DNA of 64,000 nucleotides, taken from contig CAYOFQ010000001.1 of the NCBI GenBank assembly GCA_964403585.1, forward strand, positions 1,024,826-1,088,825, read 5' to 3'. The DNA is from an uncultured Gammaproteobacteria bacterium (GTDB lineage Bacteria; Patescibacteriota; Microgenomatia; JALYQM01). The notes under the pieces were generated by a model. The model was given only the letters and a program-made list of their open reading frames with translations. It made no database searches and was not told the origin of the DNA. The position numbers were made by a program, and so were the translations under genes. Below, one piece after another: positions 9,721-19,351 of this stretch; the stretch's first letter is position 1; each line of letters starts with the position of its first letter.

Positions 9721-10551
9721 TTATATATTCGTCAGCTCAGATAATTCTATCATGCGCACAGACTCCACTTTAAAATCGAAAAAGCGATGGTAAAACGACT
9801 GGAAGGAATCCACCGAACCGGTTATCGTCAAAGCAACTTTACCTGCTTCCTGAGATCCGTTAAGAAAATTATTGCTTGTAAGATACTCCTTTAATTCCAG
9901 AGCAAGCATAAATCCGGGATCAAGCAGTTGCACTTTACCCTCAAAATATTCCTGAAGATTTTCAGTCAATATCGGGTAATGCGTACAGGCAAGCAACAAC
10001 GCCGTAATATTCGCATCCCGCACTGTGGACAGGTAATAGTTAATAACCGAATGCCAGATATTGCGATCCATTACACCTTCTTCTAAAATCGGGACAAATA
10101 GCGGACAGGCAATCGGGCAAATCTCTCCAACATAACCGGCGGTGCGCAGCGCATTTTCATGCACTCGTGATGCAATAGTATTTTTTGTACCAATAATACC
10201 AAGTTTCTCAACATTCTCACCAAGTAAATCCTGATAACGCATCACTGTTTGAACCCCTGCCACAATCATCCCGAAAAACCGCGACTGCAATTCATTCCGC
10301 AGTGCCGGGAAAGCTATACACGACGAGGTATTACATGCCACTACTATCGCCTTAACATCCTGCCGCTCCAGCCAGCGGGAGATCTGTAAGGAATATTCGA
10401 TCACTTCACTGGAAGATTTATTACCATACGGAACTCGTAGCGTATCCCCCAGGTAGATAAAATTCTCGTTCGGAAACTGCGAAACCAGTTCTGACAATAC
10501 AGTCAAACCACCAAACCCTGAATCAAAAATACCAATTGGACGATTATCCAT
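9721..10551 (-). CDS. murI: Glutamate racemase MurI
   Basis: PIGIFDSGFGGLTVL and the paired Cys motifs of the Asp/Glu racemase family. Confidence 0.88.
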   Translation of the reverse strand: MDNRPIGIFDSGFGGLTVLSELVSQFPNENFIYLGDTLRVPYGNKSSSEVIEYSLQISRWLERQDVKAIVVACNTSSCIAFPALRNELQSRFFGMIVAGVQTVMRYQDLLGENVEKLGIIGTKNTIASRVHENALRTAGYVGEICPIACPLFVPILEEGVMDRNIWHSVINYYLSTVRDANITALLLACTHYPILTENLQEYFEGKVQLLDPGFMLALELKEYLTSNNFLNGSQEAGKVALTITGSVDSFQSFYHRFFDFKVESVRMIELSELTNI

Positions 10552-10596
10552 AATAAAAAGGACTATAAGAATATTCTTATAGTCTAAAAAACTTTC

Positions 10597-12273
10597 TTAA
10601 ATCTCTAACTTCTTAATTACTTCACGAACAACCTCTTGATCACTCCAGGGTTCTTCTCCCTTACCATAATTCATACTCTTCTCGTGCCCTTTACCGCAAA
10701 TGAGAACGATATCCTGTGGATCAGCAATACAAATTGCATTCTCAATGGCCCGTTTACGATCATCGATGCGTACATAAAAAGGAAAGTGATCGGATAACGA
10801 TTTTCGCACCACCGGTGATTCAAACTGAGCTAACTTCTCCATTGGATACTCCTCGGCTCCGGCGTCGCTAAGCCCCTGAATAATTCGGGCATCAATGTCA
10901 TCCAACGTCTCAGTTCGGGGATCTTCTGCAGTAATAATTGAAACATCGGCAAATTCTCCGGCAATCTCTCCCATCAAATACCGTTTCTCGATATCACGTA
11001 ACCCCGCACAACCAAAAACCACAATAACCTTACCTGAAACCAGTGCACGCCCCAACTTTAATACCTCCTCCAGGGCATGCGGTGTATGCGCAAAGTCCAC
11101 AATCACTGTGCCGTGTGAGTCGGTAACAAATCGTTCAAACCTTCCCGGCAAACCGGTAAAATCCTCAAAATGTGCTGCAGTAAAGGTATCATTGAATCCG
11201 AGAACGGAAAGAGCCGCAATAGCTGCCGTGGCATTGAGAATATTATATTTGCCAAATAATGGTAGCTTTACTATCAACTGCTCCACAGGATTTCCCGAAG
11301 CATTCTCCTTCTGAACGATAAATGAAATACCATCTGCCAGTTGCTCTTCGGTCACTAAATGAAACTGGGCGAAATCATTGTATCCATAGCCGATCCTGTT
11401 CCATTTTTCTGTATACGGCAATAAATATTCCCAGGCACGGTCATCCTGGTTGATAATGGCATAACGGGTAGTTGTAGTATTGGGGCGCTCGGCAGCTACT
11501 TTTTCAACCACCGAATCGATACGGAAAAGTAATGACTTAGCTAATATATACCGCTCCAGAGTCTTATGATAATCAAGATGTTCATGGGTAATATTGGTTA
11601 CAACACCAACATCAAAGTTGATGCCGGCCAAACGCTCCTGAGCAAACGCGTGAGAAGTGCATTCGATCACCGCATATTCACAACCGGAATGCACCATCTC
11701 GGCCAAATAATGTTGCACATCTTCGACATCCGGAGTTGTAACATGAAATCCCGTATCATTCTCTTTCTCGTCTGAACCGTCAAAAATTCGCGCGGAAAGT
11801 GTTGAAACCATTCCAACTTTTTTGCCGGCTGCTTTAATCGCGTGATAGATCAAATTGGACGTCGTCGTCTTTCCATCCGTACCGGTAACTCCAATCATCG
11901 TCATTTTTGTCGCCGGAAAATCAAACGAAGCGGCAACCACTATACCACCGGCATACAGGGAGTCTTCCACTTTTACTAAACAAATATTTTTTTCCTTCGC
12001 CAATGATACATGTGCTTCAGTAAACTCCTGTGCGACAACCGCCGCAATTCCCTGTTCTAAAACGTTACCGATAAATAAGTGTCCATCGACAATATCACCC
12101 TTACGGGCCACAAATACCGAGGTACCTGCAACTTTTCGGGAGTCAAACCGGACATCGGATATTTCAACTTCAGGCGATCCCGATACTATTTCGTAATCAA
12201 TAAAAGAGAGGATATTTTGTAAGTGCATATATGTATTATACCAATTTTTGAGTTTATTGCGGAGCAATTTCAT
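10597..12273 (-). CDS. murE: UDP-N-acetylmuramoyl-L-alanyl-D-glutamate--diamino acid ligase MurE
   Basis: Mur ligase with GVTGTDGKTTT P-loop and C-terminal CGKGHE...; 20-nt overlap with ftsI. No murF in the window. Confidence 0.85.
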   Translation of the reverse strand: MKLLRNKLKNWYNTYMHLQNILSFIDYEIVSGSPEVEISDVRFDSRKVAGTSVFVARKGDIVDGHLFIGNVLEQGIAAVVAQEFTEAHVSLAKEKNICLVKVEDSLYAGGIVVAASFDFPATKMTMIGVTGTDGKTTTSNLIYHAIKAAGKKVGMVSTLSARIFDGSDEKENDTGFHVTTPDVEDVQHYLAEMVHSGCEYAVIECTSHAFAQERLAGINFDVGVVTNITHEHLDYHKTLERYILAKSLLFRIDSVVEKVAAERPNTTTTRYAIINQDDRAWEYLLPYTEKWNRIGYGYNDFAQFHLVTEEQLADGISFIVQKENASGNPVEQLIVKLPLFGKYNILNATAAIAALSVLGFNDTFTAAHFEDFTGLPGRFERFVTDSHGTVIVDFAHTPHALEEVLKLGRALVSGKVIVVFGCAGLRDIEKRYLMGEIAGEFADVSIITAEDPRTETLDDIDARIIQGLSDAGAEEYPMEKLAQFESPVVRKSLSDHFPFYVRIDDRKRAIENAICIADPQDIVLICGKGHEKSMNYGKGEEPWSDQEVVREVIKKLEI

Positions 12274-14044
12274 AATAACGCAATAATTCCTTTGCTATCT
12301 CAAAAAACAACGGTGCAGCTGTCTCCGATCCCCACTGGGACTTTTTAGGCTCGGTTAAGCGAACCAGCATCACAAACTTGGGATTATCAGCGGGTGCAAA
12401 CCCGACAAACGACGCAATAGTTTTACTTGCATCATACGTTCCGCCAATTGGAATCTGGGCCGTACCGGTTTTACCGGCAATTCGATACCCCGGCAGCATG
12501 GCAAACTTGGCTTCACCGTGTTCGGCCGACTTAACCATAATATCCGTCATCGTCAACGCAGTTTTCTCCGATATCACCTGCCGCACAACCTTTGGTTTAA
12601 TTTCAACCGTTTCGGTATCACGAATTATTTTCTCGACAACATGGGGCTCCATTAATTTACCGCCGTTGGCAATCGCTCCAACAGCACGGACCATCTGAAC
12701 AGGAGTAACCGCAATCCCCTGACCAAATGTCTCAGTCGCGAAATCAATTTCCTGCATATCCTTTACTTCGCGCAGCAACGAACCGGTTTCATCCTGAAGA
12801 TCAATTCCGGTCGGTTGACCAAAGCCAAAGTTCCGGAGATATGTCTGCAGCCGCTCCTTGCCTAACTTATCGCCAATAAATACCATGCCGGTATTATCCG
12901 AATGAACAAGGACATCCTCCATCGTCGGATTTTGCATATACTGATTATTCCAGGTACGAATTAAGTACGGGCCAACCTTACGTGGTTCCGAACAAATCGG
13001 ACAGGTGGTGTTATAACTGATAACCCCGGCATCGATGCCCGCCGCCATAACCAGGGTCTTAAACGTTGAACCGGGCTCGTAGGTATCGGCAACTAACGGG
13101 TTACGATACCACGAATCAGGAAAATACTGACGTAACTCGGGAACAATTCCCGGCCAGGAAGACATTGCCAATATACCTCCGGTCTTAGGATCCATCACAA
13201 TAACCGAGCCATCCTTGGCAATATTTTTAGCCACACCGGCACGCAGTTTTTCCTGAACAATATGCTGCACCGTACGATCAATGTGCAACTGAAGATCAGA
13301 ACCGTGTCGGGCAGTAATATTCCGGTAGTCTCCAACCAAAATCATTCGCCCTTGAGCATCCTGCTCCTGACGCACCTTTCCACTCTTTCCCGAAATTTCA
13401 CCGTCATACTTACCTTCCAAGCCATACGAACCCTGTGCCTCTCCATTCATATCCGATCCTAAAATCCCAGCAAACGTTCCCGAAAGCGACGCTTCAGGGT
13501 ACAACCTTCCAAAGGTGTTCTCAAAACTGATCCCTTTGTACTTAAGACTTTCCAGCCGCTCTTTCAATTGTGAAGACACATGACTGTATAATTGTGCCCA
13601 ACGAAGCTCTTTTTTGTTAAGGATATCGGCTAACCGTTTCTCTTCATCACGGCGGAGTGCACGAACTTGATCCTCTGTCCGCTTATATGTTGGCGAATCG
13701 GTCGCCGCAGTGGCTTCATGCACTATTTGCATGGCCGCATTCCGCTGTATTTCCTGATCCGAAATAACCATCTCGGCAAATTTCTCCGATATCGTCGTAA
13801 CCGAATCGGAAACCGAATGAGGATCAGCAACAACCCGAAAAGATTCTCCGTTTAATACAAGCGGAAATCCGTCATGAGTAAAAAATTCTCCTCTTTTGGC
13901 ATTGAGATCAAACCGGCCAATATGTTGGGAAGCCGCCAATACTTTAATTTTACTGCCGCTCATAACCTGCCAGTAAAATAAGCGCAACCAGATCAGGAAA
14001 AGGAGAACGGTAAAAAATGCAAAAAGAATTCGTAATCGATACAT
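12254..14044 (-). CDS. ftsI: Penicillin-binding protein / peptidoglycan transpeptidase FtsI
   Basis: N-terminal TM anchor, dimerization domain, transpeptidase motifs STFK, SDN, KTGT. Confidence 0.85.
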   Translation of the reverse strand: MYRLRILFAFFTVLLFLIWLRLFYWQVMSGSKIKVLAASQHIGRFDLNAKRGEFFTHDGFPLVLNGESFRVVADPHSVSDSVTTISEKFAEMVISDQEIQRNAAMQIVHEATAATDSPTYKRTEDQVRALRRDEEKRLADILNKKELRWAQLYSHVSSQLKERLESLKYKGISFENTFGRLYPEASLSGTFAGILGSDMNGEAQGSYGLEGKYDGEISGKSGKVRQEQDAQGRMILVGDYRNITARHGSDLQLHIDRTVQHIVQEKLRAGVAKNIAKDGSVIVMDPKTGGILAMSSWPGIVPELRQYFPDSWYRNPLVADTYEPGSTFKTLVMAAGIDAGVISYNTTCPICSEPRKVGPYLIRTWNNQYMQNPTMEDVLVHSDNTGMVFIGDKLGKERLQTYLRNFGFGQPTGIDLQDETGSLLREVKDMQEIDFATETFGQGIAVTPVQMVRAVGAIANGGKLMEPHVVEKIIRDTETVEIKPKVVRQVISEKTALTMTDIMVKSAEHGEAKFAMLPGYRIAGKTGTAQIPIGGTYDASKTIASFVGFAPADNPKFVMLVRLTEPKKSQWGSETAAPLFFEIAKELLRYYEIAPQ

Positions 14045-14105
14045 GGGCAGTGATCAAATACTAAAGGCTACCAAATAGTAACCTACTTTAGGTAAAAATT
14101 CAAAA

Positions 14106-14402
14106 CTACTTCAGATACTCTGTCTTTTTGGCCGGTCCAAGCCCCATTTCATGGGCCCGGTTTTCTATTCGTACCAACGACGAATACGTAGCAATATCTC
14201 TATCCAACTGACTAATTTTCGCATCAAATGAGCGAATTTCCCTCTGAAACGTACCAATCTCTTCAATTCCCTTACGGCTGGTAACGTTAGCCACTACCAG
14301 CAACAGAAAAAAGGAGATAACCGTAAGAAATGTAGTAATTACGAATATTTTAGTCAACGGGAGAGACTGGAGAAATTCCATATCAAGAGAATACCTTACC
14401 AT
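14106..14402 (-). CDS. ftsL: FtsL/DivIC-like septum formation protein
   Basis: 98 aa with one TM helix (IFVITTFLTVISFFLLLVV) then a coiled-coil region; sits between rsmH and ftsI. Confidence 0.5.
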   Translation of the reverse strand: MVRYSLDMEFLQSLPLTKIFVITTFLTVISFFLLLVVANVTSRKGIEEIGTFQREIRSFDAKISQLDRDIATYSSLVRIENRAHEMGLGPAKKTEYLK

Positions 14403-14429
14403 TCAGTCAAGGTAAATAACCTATAGTAG

Positions 14430-14458
14430 TTGAACTTAAGCCCAAATTATGGTATACT
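14430..14458 (+). promoter_or_regulatory. Near-consensus sigma70 promoter (TTGAAC - 17 nt - TATACT)
   Basis: TTGAAC at 14430-14435, 17-nt spacer, TATACT at 14453-14458. It faces the high-GC tract on the plus strand. Confidence 0.4.
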
Positions 14459-14766
14459 ACCCCCGCTGGCCGCTGCGCTCAGGCATATACGCCGCCGTAT
14501 GTGTCATCGTGTTCATGGGGCTCCATATGGGGTACCATGTTTCGCTGATGTGGGCCGGGATCATTTCAATCGCTCTGTTCATCTTCTTCGTGCTTTCGAC
14601 CGAGGCCAACTGGGGCATCGACATCACCAACAACAACCCACCCTCTGATGGCCCGAACACCACACCGCCGCCGGCTCTGACGCTCGAGGACATCCCGCGG
14701 TCGCCCGCGCCCGTTGCACCCGCTGCACCCGTCGCCACCAGCATTCCGATCGAAGTCGAGAATTAG
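14449..14766 (+). CDS. Small membrane/Pro-rich protein encoded in an anomalous high-GC tract (start uncertain; Met at 14515 or 14527 more likely)
   Basis: The plus-strand ORF has a TM helix (WAGIISIALFIFFVLST) and a Pro/Ala-rich tail (PAPVAPAAPVAT). It uses GC3-rich codons (atc, ttc, gcc, ccg) unlike neighbouring genes. An overlapping minus-strand ORF (14457..14744) looks less protein-like. The ATG at 14449 lies inside the promoter spacer. Confidence 0.3.
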   Translation: MVYYPRWPLRSGIYAAVCVIVFMGLHMGYHVSLMWAGIISIALFIFFVLSTEANWGIDITNNNPPSDGPNTTPPPALTLEDIPRSPAPVAPAAPVATSIPIEVEN

Positions 14767-14911
14767 TCTACACCCAAACCGCCCGATCGTTGCTCAAAGC
14801 CGCCGCTAACCTAGCTAACCGCTGAACCGATTTAACCTGCGAGGCCTCATCGGCGGAGATGATTACGAAAGTAGCCCTGCTACAATCACTCATCTCCGTC
14901 GATAGCCTTGT

Positions 14912-15805
14912 TTAAATCTTCTCTATAATTCTCATTTTTGCACTTCTTGACCTGGGATTTTGTACGACTTCCTGTTCTGTAGCAACCACAATATCACCGA
15001 TCATTTTCCCTGCTCCCGCATCCATACGTTCCTGCATAAAATTTTTCACTATTCGGTCTTCACCCGAATGAAAGGTCACCACCACAACTCTCCCCCCGGA
15101 CCCCAAGCAATCAAAGGCCCCCCGTAATCCCCTATCCAAAGCACCCGGTTCATCATTAACCGCCATCCGCAATGCCTGAAAAACACGGGTAGCGGGATGA
15201 ATCCGCTCTTTTCGTCCACCGACAGCCTCTTCCACAAAATGCGCCAATTCTGTAGTTGTTTTATTTTCCCAATAATGCCCCTCTTTCGACTTGTTCTTTT
15301 CCCTTTCGGTAACAATCGCCTTCGCAATTTTACGCGAATGGATTTCATCACTGAATTTATAAATAAGATCAGCCAGAGATTTCTCATCGAGCACATCAAG
15401 CAGCCGTCCGGCAGTTATCCCAAGTGCGTTATCCATGCGCATATCCAATGGGCCTTCTTTCAGGAAAGAAAATCCCTTCTCGGGAGTATCAATTTGAAAG
15501 CTCGAAACACCCAAGTCAAAACAAACACCTGAAACCGGCAGAAAATTCTCCCGCTGGGCAACATCATACACATTTTCAAAATTCGACTGCACAACTTTCA
15601 ACTGATCGCCAAATTCACCTAATGTCACTGCCTGCTTCACGGCATCAGCATCAACATCCAATCCTAATACACGGGCACCCCGTTCTAACAAAGCACGCGT
15701 ATACCCGCCACCGCCAAAAGTACAATCGATATATTTCTCACCGGAACGTACCTCAAGAGCAGTAACTACTTCGGTCAAGAGAACTGGAACATGGGAATAA
15801 TTCAT
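14912..15805 (-). CDS. rsmH: 16S rRNA (cytosine1402-N4)-methyltransferase RsmH (MraW)
   Basis: HVPVLLTEV...YIDCTFGGGGYTRALLE SAM-binding signature; first gene of the dcw cluster. Confidence 0.9.
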   Translation of the reverse strand: MNYSHVPVLLTEVVTALEVRSGEKYIDCTFGGGGYTRALLERGARVLGLDVDADAVKQAVTLGEFGDQLKVVQSNFENVYDVAQRENFLPVSGVCFDLGVSSFQIDTPEKGFSFLKEGPLDMRMDNALGITAGRLLDVLDEKSLADLIYKFSDEIHSRKIAKAIVTEREKNKSKEGHYWENKTTTELAHFVEEAVGGRKERIHPATRVFQALRMAVNDEPGALDRGLRGAFDCLGSGGRVVVVTFHSGEDRIVKNFMQERMDAGAGKMIGDIVVATEQEVVQNPRSRSAKMRIIEKI

Positions 15806-15842
15806 AGGGCAAGTATATCAAATATGATGTACCATAGAAGAG

Positions 15843-16730
15843 ATGAACTCAAAAAAGAAACAACAGATCATCCTGGCACACATTGGACTAATAATTGCTA
15901 TTCTGATTTGGGGCTCTACCTATTTCGTTATCAAAGACAGCTTAAAAGGCGTCCATCCGGTGAGCCTGGTGTTTTACCGGTTTCTTATCGCCACCTCAAT
16001 AATGGGTGGACTTGTCCTTCTTACCGGGAAAAAACCGGTCGAGAAAATTCACCACGGCATGCACCTGGGATTACTCTTGTGGCTTTTATATATTCCTCAG
16101 ACTATCGGATTATTATATGTCAGTGCCTCCAATTCGGGATTTATCACATCGCTGTATATCATCCTGATCCCGATCATCAGTGCGCTATTTCTCAAAGCAA
16201 AGATCACCAGACAACGGGCACTCTCTGTGGGAATCGCCTTGATCGGACTGTATCTTGTCACCGGAGGAATAGAAAATATTGGTCTTGGCGACAGTATTAC
16301 GCTTATCTCGGCTGTCGCAATTGCGTTTGAATACTTATTAATCGACCACTATTTAAAACTGAAAGCTGACCCGTTAGTACTGTGTTTTCAGCAGTTTCTC
16401 TTTTTAACCATCTGTACCGCCATCACCATGATCCTGGTCAAAGCACCGTTTTCAATCAGTGCCATCGATTCCTGGTACCATATTCTATACCTGGCAATTT
16501 TCCCTTCCGTACTCTCGTATTTTCTTCAAACCAAATCCCAGATATATATAACACCAATGACGGTATCTATTTTTGGCGTGCTTGAACCGATCAGTGGCGC
16601 ATTCTTTGCCTGGACACTTGGGGGTGAACGGATGATGCCAATGGAAGCGTTTGGCGGTATGCTTATTGTTATTGCGATACTTGTTGCAGAAATTCAAATA
16701 GGAAAAAAGAAGCGTTCTAAATTCGTTTAA
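15843..16730 (+). CDS. EamA/DMT-family transporter
   Basis: 295 aa, 10 TM helices, duplicated EamA-like halves. Confidence 0.75.
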   Translation: MNSKKKQQIILAHIGLIIAILIWGSTYFVIKDSLKGVHPVSLVFYRFLIATSIMGGLVLLTGKKPVEKIHHGMHLGLLLWLLYIPQTIGLLYVSASNSGFITSLYIILIPIISALFLKAKITRQRALSVGIALIGLYLVTGGIENIGLGDSITLISAVAIAFEYLLIDHYLKLKADPLVLCFQQFLFLTICTAITMILVKAPFSISAIDSWYHILYLAIFPSVLSYFLQTKSQIYITPMTVSIFGVLEPISGAFFAWTLGGERMMPMEAFGGMLIVIAILVAEIQIGKKKRSKFV

Positions 16731-17175
16731 CCATATCAATTACCCACTCTTCAACACCGTCGTACACCCCCCCCAGGTATGGAGCGTCTCCGGTAGGTAA
16801 ATAGCCAAGACGCTGGTAAAGTTGACGGGCGCGCGGATTAAGCTTCGGATCCACTGCTAATCCAACCGTATTAAATCCTTTTTGGCGGCAGAGTTCTTCG
16901 CAAATAGCAATCAGTTCTGAACCAATGCCCTGACTGCGCTTGTGTCCAATAACATGGAGATCGCGAATATCCGGATACTGCGGGTACGTTGCTTTTCCAT
17001 AATAAGTGAGGAAAACTTGACCGACCGGATAATCATCTTCGTCTATTGCAACTAACTGTACCGACTCTCCCCGTTTCATCTCTTTAAGCCGATTCTGATA
17101 GACAAATGCTTCGTGACGCTTGAGCATATTCATTAAGGCAGGTATATCTGATTCAGTTGCCGGACGAATTATCAT
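16717..17175 (-). CDS. GNAT family N-acetyltransferase
   Basis: 152 aa; acetyl-CoA-binding motif HKRSQGIGSEL; convergent 14-nt overlap with the transporter gene. Confidence 0.8.
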   Translation of the reverse strand: MIIRPATESDIPALMNMLKRHEAFVYQNRLKEMKRGESVQLVAIDEDDYPVGQVFLTYYGKATYPQYPDIRDLHVIGHKRSQGIGSELIAICEELCRQKGFNTVGLAVDPKLNPRARQLYQRLGYLPTGDAPYLGGVYDGVEEWVIDMVKRI

Positions 17176-17185
17176 AGTACAAGTA

Positions 17186-18658
17186 TTATGCTATATAGTT
17201 TGCTAATTCTTCAACCTTTAAGCGCTCCTGTTGCATCGTATCACGATTACGCACAGTTACCGTACCATCTTCCAGAGTCTGGTAATCTACCGTAACACAA
17301 TACGGTGTTCCAATTTCATCCTGGGCACGATAGCGTTTACCGATATTACCTCGGTCATCCCAGGAAACTGCGTATGTTTCAGACAAAGCACCGTAAATTT
17401 CCTGAGCTTTTTCCACCAGTTGGGGCTTATTAGCCACTAACGGGAATACTGCTACCCGATACGGAGCCAAATCCCTGGGAAGCTTCAAATAAACGCGGGC
17501 ATTCTCCCCTTCACCTTCTTCAACATATGAATCAAGAAGAACCATAAAGAACAGACGCGTCACACCCACCGCCGGCTCGATAACATGCGGAATAAACTTC
17601 TCATTGGTCTCTGTGTCTAAAACGGATAAATCCTTACCCGAAAACTTCTGGTGTTGAGTTAAGTCATAATCGGTGCGGTATGCAATACCCCATAATTCTT
17701 TAAAACCCCAGGGGAAATTGTATTCCAAATCTTCAGTCCGCTTGCTGTAAAAACTTCGCTCTTCATCGCCATGTTCTCTCCAGCGAAGATTTTCACTGCG
17801 GATTCCCATTTCCTTGGTAATAAACGACCACATCGCGTTTTTCCATGACTCAAACAGCGGTTCCCATTCTGTTTTCTTTGGATTGAAGAAATACTCAATC
17901 TCAGCCTGTTCAAATTCCAGTGTACGGAAGATGAAGTTTCCTTTGGTAATCTCATTCCTGAAACTTTTACCAATCTGACCGACACCAAACGGAAATTTCA
18001 CGCGGGTCGAATCAACAATATTTTTGAAGGTCACAAAAATACCCTGAGCAGTTTCTCCGCGCAAATATGCAGTAGATTCCGACTCGGGGACAATCCCGAT
18101 ACTTGTTTCAAACAACAAATTAAATTTCCGAACCGGTGTCCAATTAAACTCTCCGCAATTCGGACACGGAATTTTAAATAACTGTATCAGATAATCAAAC
18201 TGTTGTTCGCTTAACCCTTCAACTTTACCGCTTTTAATAATCTGCTCAAGTTGACTGACTTCGGTAAAACCGCTTCCCTCACCAACTTGGGAAGGTAAGG
18301 TATACTGTGCAGGATCGGTACCTTTTGACTCCAAATAGTCTTCTACCAGGTGATCGGCACGGGTGCGCATCTGACAATGCTTACAGTCAATCATCGCATC
18401 CGAAAAACTGTCGACATGTCCTGAAGCTTTCCAGACAGCCGGATGTAAAATAATCGAAGAATCCAGCCCGACCATGTCATGACGCTTTTGAATAAATGTT
18501 TTCCACCAGAGATTGCGAATATTACGAAGTAAAGCGGCACCCATAGGCCCGTAATCGTAACTATTTGCCAGACCGCCATATATTTCTGAGGAAGGATACA
18601 CAAACCCTCGTCGTTTACACAATGCTACTATTTTGTCTGTTAGTGATTGTTCTGCCAT
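17186..18658 (-). CDS. glyQS: Glycine--tRNA ligase (alpha2, archaeal/eukaryotic type)
   Basis: 490 aa; N-terminus FVYPSSEIYGGLANSYDYGPMG and class II aaRS motifs. Confidence 0.9.
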   Translation of the reverse strand: MAEQSLTDKIVALCKRRGFVYPSSEIYGGLANSYDYGPMGAALLRNIRNLWWKTFIQKRHDMVGLDSSIILHPAVWKASGHVDSFSDAMIDCKHCQMRTRADHLVEDYLESKGTDPAQYTLPSQVGEGSGFTEVSQLEQIIKSGKVEGLSEQQFDYLIQLFKIPCPNCGEFNWTPVRKFNLLFETSIGIVPESESTAYLRGETAQGIFVTFKNIVDSTRVKFPFGVGQIGKSFRNEITKGNFIFRTLEFEQAEIEYFFNPKKTEWEPLFESWKNAMWSFITKEMGIRSENLRWREHGDEERSFYSKRTEDLEYNFPWGFKELWGIAYRTDYDLTQHQKFSGKDLSVLDTETNEKFIPHVIEPAVGVTRLFFMVLLDSYVEEGEGENARVYLKLPRDLAPYRVAVFPLVANKPQLVEKAQEIYGALSETYAVSWDDRGNIGKRYRAQDEIGTPYCVTVDYQTLEDGTVTVRNRDTMQQERLKVEELANYIA

Positions 18659-18712
18659 ATTTGCCTATTATATCGTATATTTGTACTAAACAAAATAGTA
18701 TAATCGACTGCA

Positions 18713-19351
18713 GTGAATAATATTAAGGCCATTATTTTCGATGTTGATGAGACGCTGACTGACCGGATTTCCTGGTATTACCTTACCGAGGGACTCGGAG
18801 CCGATCCGGAAGAACACCGTCAAATTTTTGAGTCTTTTAAGAACGGCGAATTAGACTATCCCGAGGCAAAAAGAAGGCTCATCGAACTATGGCAGGCAAC
18901 CGGAAATGCCACCAAATCGTATCTGACACAGATGTTCCAATCCTGGACAATTAAGCAGGAAGCCTACGAAATTATCCCGTATTTAAAGCAAAAATATCAG
19001 GTATGTCTCATCTCCGGCGCTGTTGATCTCTATGTGCAATCGGTAGCCGAAAAATTAGGAATTACAGATTTCTACGCCAACACCGAACTCGTTTGGCAGG
19101 AAGACAAGCTTGTCGATCTGAACTATTTTGCCGATCAGTCAGGTAAAAAATTGGAACACCTCAAGGAATATCTCGGCCTGAATCACCTGCAAATGCACGA
19201 ATGTGTTGCTATAGGAGATGGTGAGAGTGACACCCAATTATTTCTGAACGTTCCAAATAGCCTCGCAATTACTGCTGACGAAAATTCTCCGATCCTCCAG
19301 ACTGCCAGTTATCGAATACACAGTTTAAGCGAAATACAAAAGTATCTGTGA
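18713..19351 (+). CDS. HAD-superfamily hydrolase (phosphoserine phosphatase-like subfamily IB)
   Basis: HAD motif I IIFDVDETLT; motif IV GDGESD. Confidence 0.7.
   Translation: MNNIKAIIFDVDETLTDRISWYYLTEGLGADPEEHRQIFESFKNGELDYPEAKRRLIELWQATGNATKSYLTQMFQSWTIKQEAYEIIPYLKQKYQVCLISGAVDLYVQSVAEKLGITDFYANTELVWQEDKLVDLNYFADQSGKKLEHLKEYLGLNHLQMHECVAIGDGESDTQLFLNVPNSLAITADENSPILQTASYRIHSLSEIQKYL

Noticed and set aside
14457-14744. Minus-strand 95-aa ORF inside the high-GC tract (operon orientation)
   Set aside because: It has a Gly/Ala-rich, non-protein-like N-terminus and no TM helix or motif. High-GC DNA yields open frames on all strands, so the plus-strand ORF with a TM helix is the more plausible coding frame. 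Both remain uncertain.
18659-18712. T-box leader upstream of glyQS or a promoter pair in the glyQS/HAD divergent spacer
   Set aside because: The spacer is only 54 nt, too short for a T-box. TTGTAC/TATAAT are 12 nt apart, so a promoter was not called.
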